Source: Octopus vulgaris (Eukaryota). From it: a stretch of 64,000 nt of DNA. Positions 15,441 through 30,300 of this stretch are shown in pieces (the stretch's first letter is position 1; the number at the start of each line of letters is the position of its first letter). The DNA lies in contig OX597814.1 of assembly GCA_951406725.2 (NCBI GenBank), forward strand, positions 216,566,001 to 216,630,000, in the 5' to 3' direction. The notes under the pieces are model-generated. The model had not been told where the DNA came from. It saw nothing but the letters and a program-made list of their open reading frames with translations, and did not search any database. The translations under genes were made by a program, and so were the position numbers.

Positions 15441-15740
15441 CATCATCATTGTTTGACATCCATGTTCCATGCTAGCATGGTTGGGACGGTTAGACAGGAG
15501 CTGGCCAGGCACTTCTGTGTCTGTTTTGGCAGGATTTTTACAGCCTGATGCCCTTCCTAATATCAACCACTCAGCAGAGTGGACTTAGTGATTTGTACGT
15601 GGCACAAGCACAGGTGAGGTTAATTTTGGCAAGGTTTTTACATCTGGGTGCCCTTCTGCACACCAACAACTTTACAGCATGGACTGGGTGCTTTTAAGCG
15701 GCACCTGCACTGACACGGACACTAAGTACTTGCAAGACAA
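15441..15740 (-). repeat. Old RTE-tail/SINE fragment
   Basis: ccatgctagcatgg and atgcccttcctaa motifs, as in the RTE 3' ends. Confidence 0.65.
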
Positions 15741-16153
15741 AAAATAATTTCAAGAGGGGTGAGGGAATTGTAGGATATGATCTTGTGTCAGATGATGAAA
15801 GGTCAGAGAGAGAGAGAGAGAGCAAGAGAGAGAAATAGGGGTCTTGCTGTAGTGGAAGTACAAGGTTACTCCACCTGAGAAAGAGAGATTAGGGATGAGG
15901 AAAGAAACAGGCACACTACTGCAAAGGAAATACATGGTTACGCAACTTGAGAGAAATGAAGGAGAATGCGAGAGTGTGGGAGATAGCAGGATAGATATGG
16001 AGTAAAATGTCAGGGATACTCATAAGGAATGGGGATTAGAATATAAATGGGATGGTTGAGTAAAGGAAGAGAGAGATACAGATAGTAGCAAGTGCCAGGG
16101 CATACCCTTGAGGTTCGACGCATTCTTCATTTTGTCTGATAATAATAATAATA

Positions 16154-18010
16154 GTGTTGAACGGCCCAATGCTTGGGATGAAGGTGAATGAACTGCAAAT
16201 CAGTACTTAATTCTGGAGCAATATTTTGATAAAGATACTGGACCAACTGATGCTCACGTGTCTCAAGAATCATGATCATGGTCCCCAATACACAGAAATA
16301 CAAAGAGAACAGGCCCAACTTATGTGTAATAATGTCTCTGCAGTCTTGGTTGACAATCTTACTACAGACGGAGTTTTGATAAAAAAAAACCAGTTGGTGG
16401 CTAATTTTAGAACCCAAACCTCAATACTGAGTGAAAATGCTCAATACAAGTGTATCAAATAATGTGTCAATGAGTCTGAAACCAACAGTCCACTGATGTT
16501 GAGCAGTGTAGGATCAGTCATTACCCAGAGACTGCTTGTGCACGAAATCAAATTGAATGCTGGATCAGGAATGAACCCAACAGAAGGGGATTCTGACAAT
16601 GAATGAGAGCCAAATGGAATGAGATAGGACTCTTCAAAACAAGTGAGCAATTGTTAGCCGACCAGGCAAGAGCAATTAGAGCAAAAAGGTGGTTAACGGA
16701 CATGGAAATTGAAGAGATAAAAAGAAAAGTAGAAAGGAGAAATAATCCTTCACCAACAGATAATGTGCCCAGTGAGAACAGAGAAATAAATAAGGGCAGT
16801 GAAGATGTAGAACAAAGTATAAATGTAAATGCATTCTCCACTAATTAAGCAGAAGTAATAGGAAGAGCTGTATCCCAATAATACGGTGATGCCCAACAAG
16901 ACGTAGAGAGGATATATTTGAGAAGACCAGGATCAAGACCCTTGCCCCCATAATCTGAGGTACATTGACCAATGCAAGATCAAGGTTGAAACCATAAAGA
17001 TAGATTCAATTCTTGGGCTGTTCCATACGAGAAATATCACTGAAACTCACAAGATTATTTGGGGTGCAGCAACTGTTGCTGCAGATAGAATTGGATAGAA
17101 AAGGAAAGAACAAATAGAACGTAAAGAACCGTTCTGGTGTAGAGGAATTTGTAAGGAACAAAGACATTTAGGACAAGTTGATAGATTGAGAAGAGGAGAA
17201 TTGCAGAATGAAAGTATAAGAATGATGCTGGAAAGGACAGATGGAATAAGAGATAAATTGTATGATGAGATATTGGAAGAAATGAAACAAAGAGTTGGAG
17301 CAATCAAAGCAAAACAGGAAAGATATGTCAATAGAAGAAAATAATTCAAGCAGAACAGATTGTTAGAAGCATATCAGAAGTAACTGTTTCAGGAACTGGA
17401 TGGGCAATTACACATAACAATGATACCAGAAGCAGAGGAAAGTAGGGCATTTTGGAGAGAGATCTGGTACCAATCTGCAGATGATAATAATGAAGCAGAG
17501 TGGCTGCATGAAATCCAAGATAGGTTAAGAAATATAGAAGGCAAAAAAGACATAAAAAATAACTACAGAAATGATAAAAAAGCACTTAAGAAAATTCCCA
17601 AATTGGAAGAGCCCAGGACTGGATGGGGTCCCAGATTATTGGATGAAGAAGCTGAGAGGGATCCATCAAAGGAGAGTGCAACAGCTAGATGAGTGCTCGC
17701 AGGAAGGTGCAGTACCCAGATGGAAGACAAAGGGAAAGACATTGTTATGTGCCAAGGATCCTGGAAAGGGAAATGTTGCATCCAACTTTAGAACAATAAC
17801 ATGCTTTCTGCTCACATGGAAACTAATGTCAGGTAATTTGGCTGCTGAACTGTACAGATACTTGGGAAAAAGTAGGTTGCTACCCATTAAACAAAAAGGG
17901 TACAGTAAAAGGAGCCAGCAAACGAAGGATCAGCTCTTGATTGCTAATCTAATTATCAGGAAATGCAAGAGAAGACATACAAACTCAGCATGGCATGGGT
18001 CGACGATCGC
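16154..18010 (+). mobile_element. R4/Dong-clade non-LTR retrotransposon relic (5' half)
   Basis: SEQLLADQARAIRAKRWLTDMEIEEIK N-terminal motif; PNWKSPGLDG, NFRTITC, QKG..TKDQLLI RT motifs. Preceded by a short (TAA)n. Confidence 0.78.
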
Positions 18011-18014
18011 AAAT

Positions 18015-18140
18015 TATCCAGGCATAGAAAACCACTCCAAACCAGACTGGCATTTGTTGCAGTCTCCCGAGCTACCAGTTCTTGTCAAACCGTCCAACCC
18101 ATATCACCATGGACAACAGACGCTAACTGATGATGATGTT
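18015..18140 (+). repeat. SINE/RTE 3' tail fragment
   Basis: aaaccgtccaacccat..catggacaacagacgctaactgatgatgatg. Confidence 0.65.
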
Positions 18141-18164
18141 TCTTATTATCTCACTGATAATGGT

Positions 18165-18330
18165 GATGGGCGGGCATGTCGGATGAAATGGCTAGCGGTA
18201 TTTCGTCCATCTTCACACTCAATGTTCAAATTCTGACAGGGATGACTATGTCTTTCATCCTCTTGCATTTGCAATGTGATCGATGTAATCTATTTAGCCA
18301 CTCTCCTGAAATTGCTGGCCTTGTCCTAAT
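18165..18330 (+). mobile_element. Degenerate Nin-domain-like SINE, probable founder of the satellite
   Basis: B-box-like gttcaaatt, then gactatgtctttcatcct (Nin-like core), continuing directly into the first array unit. Confidence 0.6.
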
Positions 18331-21300
18331 ATTTGAAATCAAGATTCCAGTGATGTTTCTGGTCAATAAAATAAATACCAGCTGAGCACCGGGGTTGATG
18401 TAATTGACTTCGCCTCTCTCCTGAAATTGCTGGCCTTCGCCCAAAAATTGAAACAAAAATTCCAGTGATGTTTATGGTCAATAAAATAAGTACCAGTTGA
18501 GCACTGGGGTTGATATAATTAATTGATCCACTGTCCTGAAATTGCTGGCCTTGTGCCAAAATTTGAAAACAAAATTCCAGTGATGTTTATGTTCAATAAA
18601 ATAATTAGCAGTTGTGCACTGGGGTTGATGTAATTGACTTAGTCACTCTCCTAAATTGCTGGCCTTGTGCCAAAATTTGAAACCAAAATTCCAGTGATGT
18701 TTATGGTCAATAAAATAAGTACCAGTTGAGCACTGGTGTTCATGTAATTGTCTTAGCCACTCTCCTGAAATTGCTGGCCTTGTGCCAAAATTTGAAACCA
18801 AAATTCCAGTGATGTTTATGGTCAATAAAATAAGTACCAGTTGAGCACTGGTGTTCATGTAATTGTCTTAGCCACTCTCCTGAAATTGCTGGCCTTGTGC
18901 CAAAATTTGAAACCAAAATTCCAGTGATGTTTATGGTCAATAAAATAAGTACCAGTTGAGCACTGGTGTTCATGTAATTGTCTTAGCCACTCTCCTGAAA
19001 TTGCTGGCCTTGTGCCAAAATTTGAAACCAAAATTCCAGTGATGTTTATGGTCAATAAAATAAGTACCAGTTGAGCACTGGTGTTCATGTAATTGTCTTA
19101 GCCACTCTCCTGAAATTGCTGGCCTTGTGCCAAAATTTGAAACCTAACTTCCAGTGATGTTTATGGTCAATAAAATAAGTACCAGTTGAGCACTGGTGTT
19201 CATGTAATTGTCTTAGCCACTGTCCTGCATTTGCTGACCAAGTGCCAAAATTTAAAACCAACTTCCAGTGATTTTTATGACAATACAATAAGTATCAGTT
19301 GAGAACTGGGGTTGATGTAATTGACTTAGCCACTCTCCTGAAATTGCTGGCCTTGTGCCAAAATTTGAATCCAAAATTCCAGTGATGTTTATGTTCAATA
19401 AAATAAGTACCAGTTGAGCACTGGGGTTGATGTAATTGACTTAGTCACTCGCCTGAAATTGCTGGCCTTGTGCCAAAATTTGAAACAAAAATTCCAGTGA
19501 TGTTTATGTTCAATGAAATAAGTACCAGTTGAGCACTGGGGTTGATGTAATTGACTTAGTCACTCTCCTGAAATTGCTAGCCTTGTGCAAAAATTTGAAT
19601 CCAAAATTCCAATGATGTTTATGTTTAATAAAATAAGTACAAGTTGAGCACTGGGGTTGATGTAATTGACTTAGCCACTCTCCTGAAATTGCTGGCCTTG
19701 TGCCAAAATTTGAAACCCAAAATTCCAGTGATGTTTATGGTCAATAAAATAAGTACCAGTTGAGCACTGGGGTTGATGTAATTGACTTAGCCACTCTCCT
19801 GAAATTGCTGGCCTTGTGCCAAAATTTGAAACCTAACTTCCAGTGATGTTTATGGTCAATAAAATAAGTACCAGTTGAGCACTGGGGTTGATGTAATTGA
19901 CTTAGTCACTCTCCTGAAATTGCTGGCCTTGTGCCAAAATTTGAAACCTAAATTCCAGTGATGTTTATGGTCAATAAAATAAGTACCAGTTGAGCACTGG
20001 GGTTGATGTAATTGACTTAGCCACTCTCCTGAAATTGCTGGCCTAGTGCCAAAATTTGAAACAAAAATTCCAGTGATGTTCATGGTCAATAAAATAAATA
20101 CCAGTTGAGAATTGGGGTTGATGTAATTGACTTAGCCACTTTCCTGAAAATGCTGGCCTTGTGCCAAAATTTGAAACCAAAATTCCAGTGATGTTTATGG
20201 TAAATAAAATAAGTACCAGTTGAGCACTGGGGTTGATGTAATTGACTTAACCACTCTCCTGAAATTGCTGGCCTTGTGCAAAAATTTGAAACAAAAATTC
20301 CAGTGATGTTTATGGTCAATAAAATAAGTACCAGTTGAGCACTGGGGTTGATGCAATTGACTTAGCCACTCTCCTGAAATTGCTGGCCTTGTGCAAAAAT
20401 TTGAAACCAAAATTCCAGTGATGTTTATGGTAAATAAAATAAGTACCAGTTGAGCACTGGGGTTGATGTAATTGACTTAACCACTCTCCTGAAATTGCTG
20501 GCCTTGTGCAAAAATTTGAAACAAAAATTCCAGTGATGTTTATGGTAAATAAAATAAGTACCAGTTGAGCACTGGGGTTGATGCAATTGACTTAGCCACT
20601 CTCCTGAAATTGCTGGCCTTGTGCAAAAATTTGAAACAAAAATTCCAATGATGTTTATGGTCAATAAAATAAGTACCAGTTGAGCACTGGAGTTGATGTA
20701 ATTGACTTAACCATTCTCCTGAAATTGCTGGCCTTGTGCCAAAATTTGAAACCAAAATTCCAATGATGTTTATGGTCAATAAAATAAGTACCAGTTGAGC
20801 ACTGGGGTTGATGTAATTGACTTAGCCACTCTCCTGAAATTGCTGGCCTTGTGCCAAAATTTGAAACCAAAATTCCAGTGATGTTTATGGTCAATAAAAT
20901 AAGTAGCAGTTGAGCACTGAGGTTGATGTAATTGTCTTAGCAACTCTCTTAAAATTGCTGGCCTTGTGCCAAAATTTGAAACCAAAATTCCAGTGATGTT
21001 TATGGTCAATAAAATAAGTTCCAGTTGAGCACTGGGGTTCATGTACTTGACATAGCCACAGTCCTGAAATTGCTGGCCTTGTGCCAAAATTTTAACCCAA
21101 AATTCCAGTGATGTTTATGGTCAATAAAATAAGTACCAAGTTGAGCACTGGGGTTGATGTAATTGACTTAGCCACTCTCCTGAAATTGCTGGCCTTGTGC
21201 CATAATTTGAAACAAAATTCCAGTGATGTTTATGTTCAATAAAATAAGTACCAGCTGAGCACTGGGGTTGATGTAATTGACTTAGCCACTCTCCTGAAAT

Positions 21301-24300
21301 TGCTGGCCTTGTGCCAAAATTTGAAACCAAAATTCCAGTGATGTTTATGTTCAATAAAATAAGTACCAGTTGAGCACTGGGGTTGATGTAATTGACTTAG
21401 CCACTCTCCTGAAATTGCTGACCGAGTGCCAAAATTTGAACCCAATATTCCAGTGATGTTTATGTTCAATAAAATAAGTACCAGTTGAGCACTGGGGTTG
21501 ATGTAATTGACTTAGCCACTCTCCGGAAATTGCTGGCCTTGTGCCAAAATTTGAAACAAAAATTCCAGTGATGTTTATGGTCAATAAAATATGTACCAGT
21601 TGAGCACTGAGGTTGATGTAATTGACATAGCCACAGTCCTGAAATTGCTGACCGAGTGCCAAAAGTTGAAACCAAAATTCCAGTGATGTTTATGGTCAAT
21701 AAAATATGTACCAGTTGAGCATTGGGGTTGATGTAATTGACATAGCCACAGTCCTGAAATTGCTGACCGAGTGCCAAAAGTTAAAACCAAAATTCCAGTG
21801 TATTTATGGTCAATAAAATATGTACCAGTTGAGCACTGACGTTGATGTAATTGACATAGCCACAGTCCTGAAATTGCTGACCGAGTGCCAAAAGTTGAAA
21901 CCAAAATTCCAGTGATGTTTATGGTCAATAAAATATGTACCAGTTGAGCCCTGAGGTTGATGTAATTGACATAGCCACAGTCCTGAAATTGCTGACCGAG
22001 TGCCAAAAGTTGAAACAAAAATTCTAGTGATGTTTATGGTCAATAAAATAAGTACCAGTTGCGCATTAGGGTTGATGTAATTGACATAGCCACAGTCCTG
22101 AAATTGCTGACAGAGTGCCAAAAGTTGAAACCAAAATTCCAGTGATGTTTATGGTCAATAAAATAAGTACCAGTTGAGCATTGGGGTTGATGTAATTGAC
22201 ATAGCCACAGTTCTGAAATTGCTGACCGAGTGCCAAAAGTTGAAACAAAAATTCCAGTGATGTTTATGGTCAATAAAATAAGTACCAGTTGAGCATTGGG
22301 GTTGATGTAATTGACATAGCCACAGTTCTGAAATTGCTGACCGAGTGCCAAAAGTTGAAACCAAAATTCCAGTGATGTTTATGGTCAATAAAATATGTAC
22401 CAGTTGAGCACTGGGGTTGATATAATTAATTGATCCACTGTCTTGAAATTGCTGGCCTTGTGCCAAAATTTGAAAACAAAATTCCAGTGATGTTTATGTT
22501 CAATAAAATAATTAGCAGTTGTGCACTGGGGTTGATGTAATTGTCTTAGCTACTGTCCTGCATTTGCTGACCAAGTGCCAAAATTAAAAACCAACTTCCA
22601 GTGATTTTTATGACAATACAATAAGTATCAGTTGAGAACTGGGGTTGATGTAATTGACTTAGACACTCTCCTGAAATTGCTGGCCTTGTGCCAAAATTTG
22701 AAACAAAAATTCCAGTGATGTTTATGTTCAATGAAATAAGTACAAGTTGAGCACTGGGGTTGATGTAATTGACTTAGCCACTCACCTGAAAATGCTGGCC
22801 TTGTGCCAAAATTTAAAACCAAAATTCCAGTGATGTTTATGGTCAATAAAATAAGTACCAGTTGAGCATTGGGGTTGATGTAATTGTCATAGCCACAGTC
22901 CTGAAATTGCTGACCGAGTGCCAAAATTTGAACCCAAAATTCCAGTGATGTTTATGGTCAATAAAATAAGTACCAGTTGAGCACTGGGGTTGATGCAATT
23001 GACTTAGCCACTCTCCTGAAATTGCTGGCCTTGTGCCAAAATTTGAAACCTAACTTCCAGTGATGTTTATGGTCAATAAAATAAGTACCAGTTGAGCACT
23101 GGGGTTGATGTAATTGACTTAGTCACTCTCCTGAAATTGCTGGCCTTGTGCCAAAATTTGAAACCTAAATTCCAGTGATGTTTATGGTCAATAAAATAAG
23201 TACCAGTTGAGCACTGGGGTTGATGTAATTGACTTAGCCACTCTCCTGAAATTGCTGGCCTAGTGCCAAAATTTGAAACGAAAAATTCCAGTGATGTTCA
23301 TGGTCAATAAAATAAATACCAGTTGAGAATTGGGGTTGATGTAATTGACTTAGCCACTTTCCTGAAAATGCTGGCCTTGTGCCAAAATTTGAAACCAAAA
23401 TTCCAGTGATATTTATGGTCAATAAAATAAGTACCAGTTGAGCACTGGGGTTGATGCAATTGACTTAGCCACTCTCCTGAAATTGCTGACCGAGTGCCAA
23501 AATTTGAAACCAACTTCCAGTGATGTTTATAGTCAATAAAATAAGTACCAGTTGAGCACTGGGGTTGATGTAATTGACTTAGCCACTCTCCTGAAATTGC
23601 TGGCCTTGTGCCAAAATTAAACCAAAATTCCAGTGATGTTTATGGTCAATAAAATAAGTACAAGTTGAGCACTGGGGTTGATGTAATTGACTTAGCCACT
23701 CTCCTGAAATTGCTGGCCTTGTGCCAAAATTTGAAACCAAAATTCCAGTGATGTTTATGGTCAATAAAATATGTACCAGTTGAGCACTGAGGTTGATGTA
23801 ATTGACATAGCCACAGTCCTGAAATTGCTGACCGAGTGCCAAAAGTTGAAACCAAAATTCCAGTGTATTTATGGTCAATAAAATATGTACCAGTGGAGCA
23901 CTGGGGTTGATGTAATTGACATAGCCACAGTCCTGAAATTGCTGACCGAGTGCCAAAAGTTGAAACAAAAATTCCAGTGATGTTTATGGTCAATAAAATA
24001 AGTACCAGTTGAGCATTGGGGTTGATGTAATTGACATAGCCACAGTCCTGAAATTGCTGACCGAGTGCCAAAAGTTGAAACCAAAATTCCAGTGATGTTT
24101 ATGGTCAATAAAATATGTACCAGTTGAGCACTGGGGTTGATATAATTAATTGATCCACTGTCCTGAAATTGCTGGCCTTGTGCCAAAATTTGAAAACAAA
24201 AAATTCCAGTGATGTTTATGTTTAATAAAATAATTAGCAGTTGTGCACTGGGGTTGATGTAATTGACTTAGTCACTCTCCTAAATTGCTGGCCTTGTGCC

Positions 24301-27300
24301 AAAACTTGAAACCAAAATTCCAGTGATGTTTATGGTCAATAAAATAAGTACCAGTTGAGCACTGGTGTTCATGTAATTGTCTTAGCCACTGTCCTGCATT
24401 TGCTGACCAAGTGCCAAAATTTGAAACAAAAATTCCAGTGATGTTTATGTTCAATGAAATAAGTACCAGTTGAGCACTGGGGTTGATGTAATTGACTTAG
24501 TCACTCTCCTGAAATTGCTGGCCTTGTGCAAAAATTTGAAACAAAAATTCCAGTGATGTTTATGTTCAATGAAATAAGTACCAGTGTAGCACTGGGGTTG
24601 ATGTAATTGACTTAGTCACTCTCCTGAAATTGCTAGCCTTGTGCAAAAATTTGAATCCAAAATTCCAATGATGTTTATGTTTAATAAAATAAGTACAAGT
24701 TGAGCACTGGGGTTGATGTAATTGACTTAGCCACTCACCTGAAAATGCTGGCCTTGTGCCAAAATTTAAAACCAAAATTCCAGTGATGTTTATGGTCAAT
24801 AAAATAAGTACCAGTTGAGCATTGGGTTTGATGTAATTGTCATAGCCACAGTCCTGAAATTGCTGACCGAGTGCCAAAATTTGAACCCAAAATTCCAGTG
24901 ATGTTTATGGTCAATAAAATAAGTACCAGTTGAGCACTGGGGTTGATGTAATTGACTTAGCCACTCTCCTGAAATTGCTGGCCTTGTGCCAAAATTTGAA
25001 ACCTAACTTCCAGTGATGTTTATGGTCAATAAAATAACTACCAGTTGAGCACCGGGGTTGATGTAATTGACTTAGTCACTCTCCTGAAATTGCTGGCCTT
25101 GTGCCAAAATTTGAAACCTAAATTCCAGTGATGTTTATGGTCAATAAAATAAGTACCAGTTGAGCACTGGGGTTGATGTAATTGACTTAGCCACTCTCCT
25201 GAAATTGCTGGCCTAGTGCCAAAATTTGAAACGAAAAATTCCAGTGATGTTCATGGTCAATAAAATAAATACCAGTTGAGAATTGGGGTTGATGTAATTG
25301 ACTTAGCCACTTTCCTGAAAATGCTGGCCTTGTGCCAAAATTTGAAACCAAAATTCCAGTGATGTTTATGGTCAATAAAATAAGTACCAGTTGAGCACTG
25401 GGGTTGATGCAATTGACTTAGCCACTTTCCTGAAATTGCTGACCGAGTGCCAAAATTTGAAACCAACTTCCAGTGATGTTTATAGTCAATAAAATAAGTA
25501 CCAGTTGAGCACTGGGGTTGATGTAATTGACTTAGTCACTCTCCTGAAATTGCTGGCCTTGTGCCAAAATTTGAAACAAAAATTCCAGTGATGTTTATGG
25601 TCAATAAAATAAGTACCAGTTGAGCACTGGGGTTGATGTAATTGACTTAGCCACTCTCCTGAAATTGCTGGCCTTGTGCCAAAATTTGAATCCAAAATTC
25701 CAGTGATGTTTATGGTCAATAAAATAAGCAGCAGTTGAGCACTGGGGTTGATGTAATTGACTTAGCCACTCTCCTGAAATTGCTGGCCTTGTGCCAAAAT
25801 TTGAAACAAAAATTCCAGTGATGTTTATGTTCAATAAAATAAGTACCAGTGTAGCACTGGGGTTGATGTAATTGACTTAGTCACTCTCCTGAAATTGCTG
25901 GCCTTGTGCCAAAATTTGAATCCAAAATTCCAATGAAATTTATGTTTAATAAAATAAGTACAAGTTGAGCACTAGGGTTGATGTAATTGACTTAGCCACT
26001 CTCCAGAAATTGCTAGCCTTGTGCCAAAATTTGAAACCAACTTCCAGTGATGTTTATGGTCAATAAAATAAGTACCAGTTGAGCACTGAGGTTGATGTAA
26101 TTGACTTAGCCACTCTCTTAAAATTGCTGGCCTTGTGCCAAAATTTGAAACCAAAATTCCAATAATGTTTATGGTCAATAAAATAAGTTCCAGTTGAGCA
26201 CTGGGGTTCATGTAATTGACATAGCCACAGTCCCGAAATTGCTGACCGAGTGCCAAAATTTGAACCCAAAATTCCAGTGATGTTTATGTTCAATAAAATA
26301 AGTACCAGTTGAGCACTGGGGTTGATGTAATTGACTTAGCCACTCTCCTGAAATTGCTGGCCTTGTGCCAAAATTTGAAACCAAAATTCCAGTGATGTTT
26401 ATGGTCAATAAAATAAGTACAAGTTGAGCACTGGGGTTGATGTAATTGACTTAGCCACTCTCCTGAAATTGCTGGCCTTGTGCCAAAATTTGAAACAAAA
26501 ATTCCAGTGATGTTTATGGTCAATAAAATATGTACCAGTTGAGCACTGAGGTTGATGTAATTGACATAGCCACAGTCCTGAAATTGCTGACCGAGTGCCA
26601 AAAGTTGAAACAAAAATTCCAGTGATGTTTATGGTCAATAAAATATGTACCAGTTGAGCATTGGGGTTGATGTAATTGACATAGCCACAGTCCTGAAATT
26701 GCTGACCGAGTGCCAAAAGTTGAAACCAAAATTCCAGTGATGTTTATGGTCAATAAAATATGTACCAGTTGAGCACTGGGGATGATGTAATTGACATAGC
26801 CACAGTCCTGAAATTGCTGACCGAGTGCCAAAAGTTGAAACCAAAATTCCAGTGATGTTTATGGTCAATAAAATATGTACCAGTTGAGCACTAAGGCTGA
26901 TGTAATTGACATAGCCACAGTCCTGAAATTGCTGACCGAGTGCCAAAAGTTGAAACCAAAATTCCAGTGATGTTTATGGTCAATAAAATATGTACCAGTT
27001 GAGCACTGAGGTTGATGTAATTGATATAGCCACAGTCCTGAAATTGCTGACCGAGTGCCAAAAGTTGAAACAAAAATTCCACTGATGTTTATGGTCAATA
27101 AAATAAGTACCAGTTGAGCATTGGGGTTGATGTAATTGACATAGCCACAGTCCTGAAATTGCTGACCGAGTGCCAAAAGTTGAAACCAAAATTCCAGTGA
27201 TGTTTCTGGTCAATAAAATATGTACCAGTTGAGCACTGAGGTTGATGTAATTGACATAGCCACAGTCCTGAAATCGCTGACCGAGTGCCAAAAGTTGAAA

Positions 27301-30300
27301 CAAAAATTCCAGTGATGTTTATGGTCAATAAAATAAGTACCAGTTGAGCACTGGGGTTGATGTAATTGACATAGCCACTCTCCTGAAATTGCTGACCAAG
27401 TGCCAAAATTTGAAACCAAAATTCCAGTGATGTTTATGGTCAATAAAATATGTACCAGTTGAGCACTGAGGTTGATGTAATTGACTTAGCCACAGTCCTG
27501 AAATTGCTGACCGAGTGCCAAAAGTTGAAACAAAAATTCCAGTGATGTTTATGGTCAATAAAATAAGTACCAGTTGAGCATTGGGGTTGATGTAATTGAC
27601 ATAGCCACAGTCCTGAAATTGCTGACCGAGTGCCAAAATTTGAAACCAAAATTCCAGTGATGTTTATGGTCAATAAAATATGTACCAGTTGAGCACTGAG
27701 GTTGATGTAATTGACTTAGCCACAGTCCTGAAATTGCTGACCGAGTGCCAAAAGTTGAAACAAAAATTCCAGTGATGTTTATGGTCAATAAAATAAGTAC
27801 CAGTTGAGCATTGGGGTTGATGTAATTGACATAGCCACAGTCCTGAAATTGCTGACCGAGTGCCAAAAGTTGAAACCAAAATTCCAGTGATGTTTATGGT
27901 CAATAAAATATGTACCAGTTGAGCACTGAGGTTGATGTAATTGACATAGCCACAGTCCTGAAATTGCTGACCGAGTGCCAAAAGTTGAAACAAAAATTCC
28001 AGTGATGTTTATGGTCAATAAAATAAGTACCAGTTGAGCATTGGGGTTGATGTAATTGACATAGCCACAGTCCTGAAATTGCTGACCGAGTGCCAAAAGT
28101 TGAAACCAAAATTCCAGTGATGTTTATGGTCAATAAAATATGTACCAGTTGAGCACTGAGGTTGATGTAATTGACTAGCCACAGTCCTGAAATTGCTGAC
28201 CGAGTGCCAAAAGTTGAAACAAAAATTCCAGTGATGTTTATGGTCAATAAAATAAGTACCAGTTGAGCATTGGGGTTGATGTAATTGACATAGCCACAGT
28301 CCTGAAATTGCTGACCGAGTGCCAAAAGTTGAAACCAAAATTCCAGTGATGTTTATGGTCAATAAAATATGTACCAGTTGAGCACTGAGGTTGATGTAAT
28401 TGACATAGCCACAGTCCTGAAATCGCTGACCGAGTGCCAAAAGTTGAAACAAAAATTCCAGTGATGTTTATGGTCAATAAAATAAGTACCAGTTGAGCAT
28501 TGGGGTTGATGTAATTGACATAGCCACAGTCCTGAAATTGCTGACCAAGTGCCAAAAGTTGAAACCAAAATTCCAGTGATGTTTATGGTCAATAAAATAT
28601 GAACCAGTTGAGCACTGAGGTTGATGTAATTGACATAGCCACAGTCCTGAAATTGCTGACCGAGTGCCAAAAGTTGAAACAAAAATTCCAGTGATGTTTA
28701 TGGTCAATAAAATAAGTACCAGTTGAGCATTGGGGTTGATGTAATTGACATAGCCACAGTCCTGAAATTGCTGACCGAGTGCCAAAAGTTGAAACCAAAA
28801 TTCCAGTGATGTTTATGGTCAATAAAATATGTACCAGTTGAGCACTGAGGTTGATGTAATTGACATAGCCACAGTCCTGAAATTGCTGACCGAGTGCCAA
28901 AAGTTGAAACAAAAATTCCAGTGATGTTTATGGTCAATAAAATAAGTACCAGTTGAGCATTGGGGTTGATGTAATTGACATACCCACAGTCCTGAAATTG
29001 CTGACCGAGTGCCAAAAGTTGAAACCAAAATTCCAGTGATGTTTATGGTCAATAAAATATGTACCAGTTGAGCACTGAGGTTGATGTAATTGACATAGCC
29101 ACAGTCCTGAAATTGCTGACCGAGTGCCAAAAGTTGAAACAAAAATTCCAGTGATGTTTATGGTCAATAAAATAAGTACCAGTTGAGCATTGGGGTTGAT
29201 GTAATTGACATAGCCACAGTCCTGAAATTGCTGACCGAGTGCCAAAAGTTGAAACCAAAATTCCAGTGATGTTTATGGTCAATAAAATATGTACCAGTTG
29301 AGCACTGAGGTTGATGTAATTGATATAGCCACATTCCTGAAATTGCTGACCGAGTGCCAAAAGTTGAAACAAAAATTCCACTGATGTTTATGGTAAATAA
29401 AATAAGTACCAGTTGAGCATTGGGGTTGATGTAATTGACATAGCCACAGTCCTGAAATTGCTGACCGAGTGCCAAAAGTTGAAACCAAAATTCCAGTGAT
29501 GTTTATGGTCAATAAAATAAGTACCAGTTGAGCACTGGGGTTGATGTAATTGACATAGCCACAGTCCTGAAATCGCTGACCGAGTGCCAAAAGTTGAAAC
29601 AAAAATTCCAGTGATGTTTATGGTCAATAAAATAAGTACCAGTTGAGCATTGGGGTTGATGTAATTGACATAGCCACAGTCCTGAAATTGCTGACCAAGT
29701 GCCAAAAGTTGAAACCAAAATTCCAGTGATGTTTATGGTCAATAAAATATGTACCAGTTGAGCACTGAGGTTGATGTAATTGACATAGCCACAGTCCTGA
29801 AATTGCTGACCGAGTGCCAAAAGTTGAAACAAAAATTCCAGTGATGTTTATGGTCAATAAAATAAGTACCAGTTGAGCACTGGGGTTGATGTAATTGACA
29901 TAGCCACAGTCCTGAAATTGCTGACCGAGTGCCAAAAGTTGAAACCAAAATTCCAGTGATGTTTATGGTCAATAAAATATGTACCAGTTGAGCACTGAGG
30001 TTGATGTAATTGACATAGCCACAGTCCTTAAATTGCTGACCGAGTGCCAAAAGTTGAAACAAAAATTCCAGTGATGTTTATGGTCAATAAAATAAGTACC
30101 AGTTGAGCATTGGGGTTGATGTAATTGACATACCCACAGTCCTGAAATTGCTGACCGAGTGCCAAAAGTTGAAACCAAAATTCCAGTGATGTTTATGGTC
30201 AATAAAATATGTACCAGTTGAGCACTGAGGTTGATGTAATTGACATAGCCACAGTCCTGAAATTGCTGACCGAGTGCCAAAAGTTGAAACAAAAATTCCA

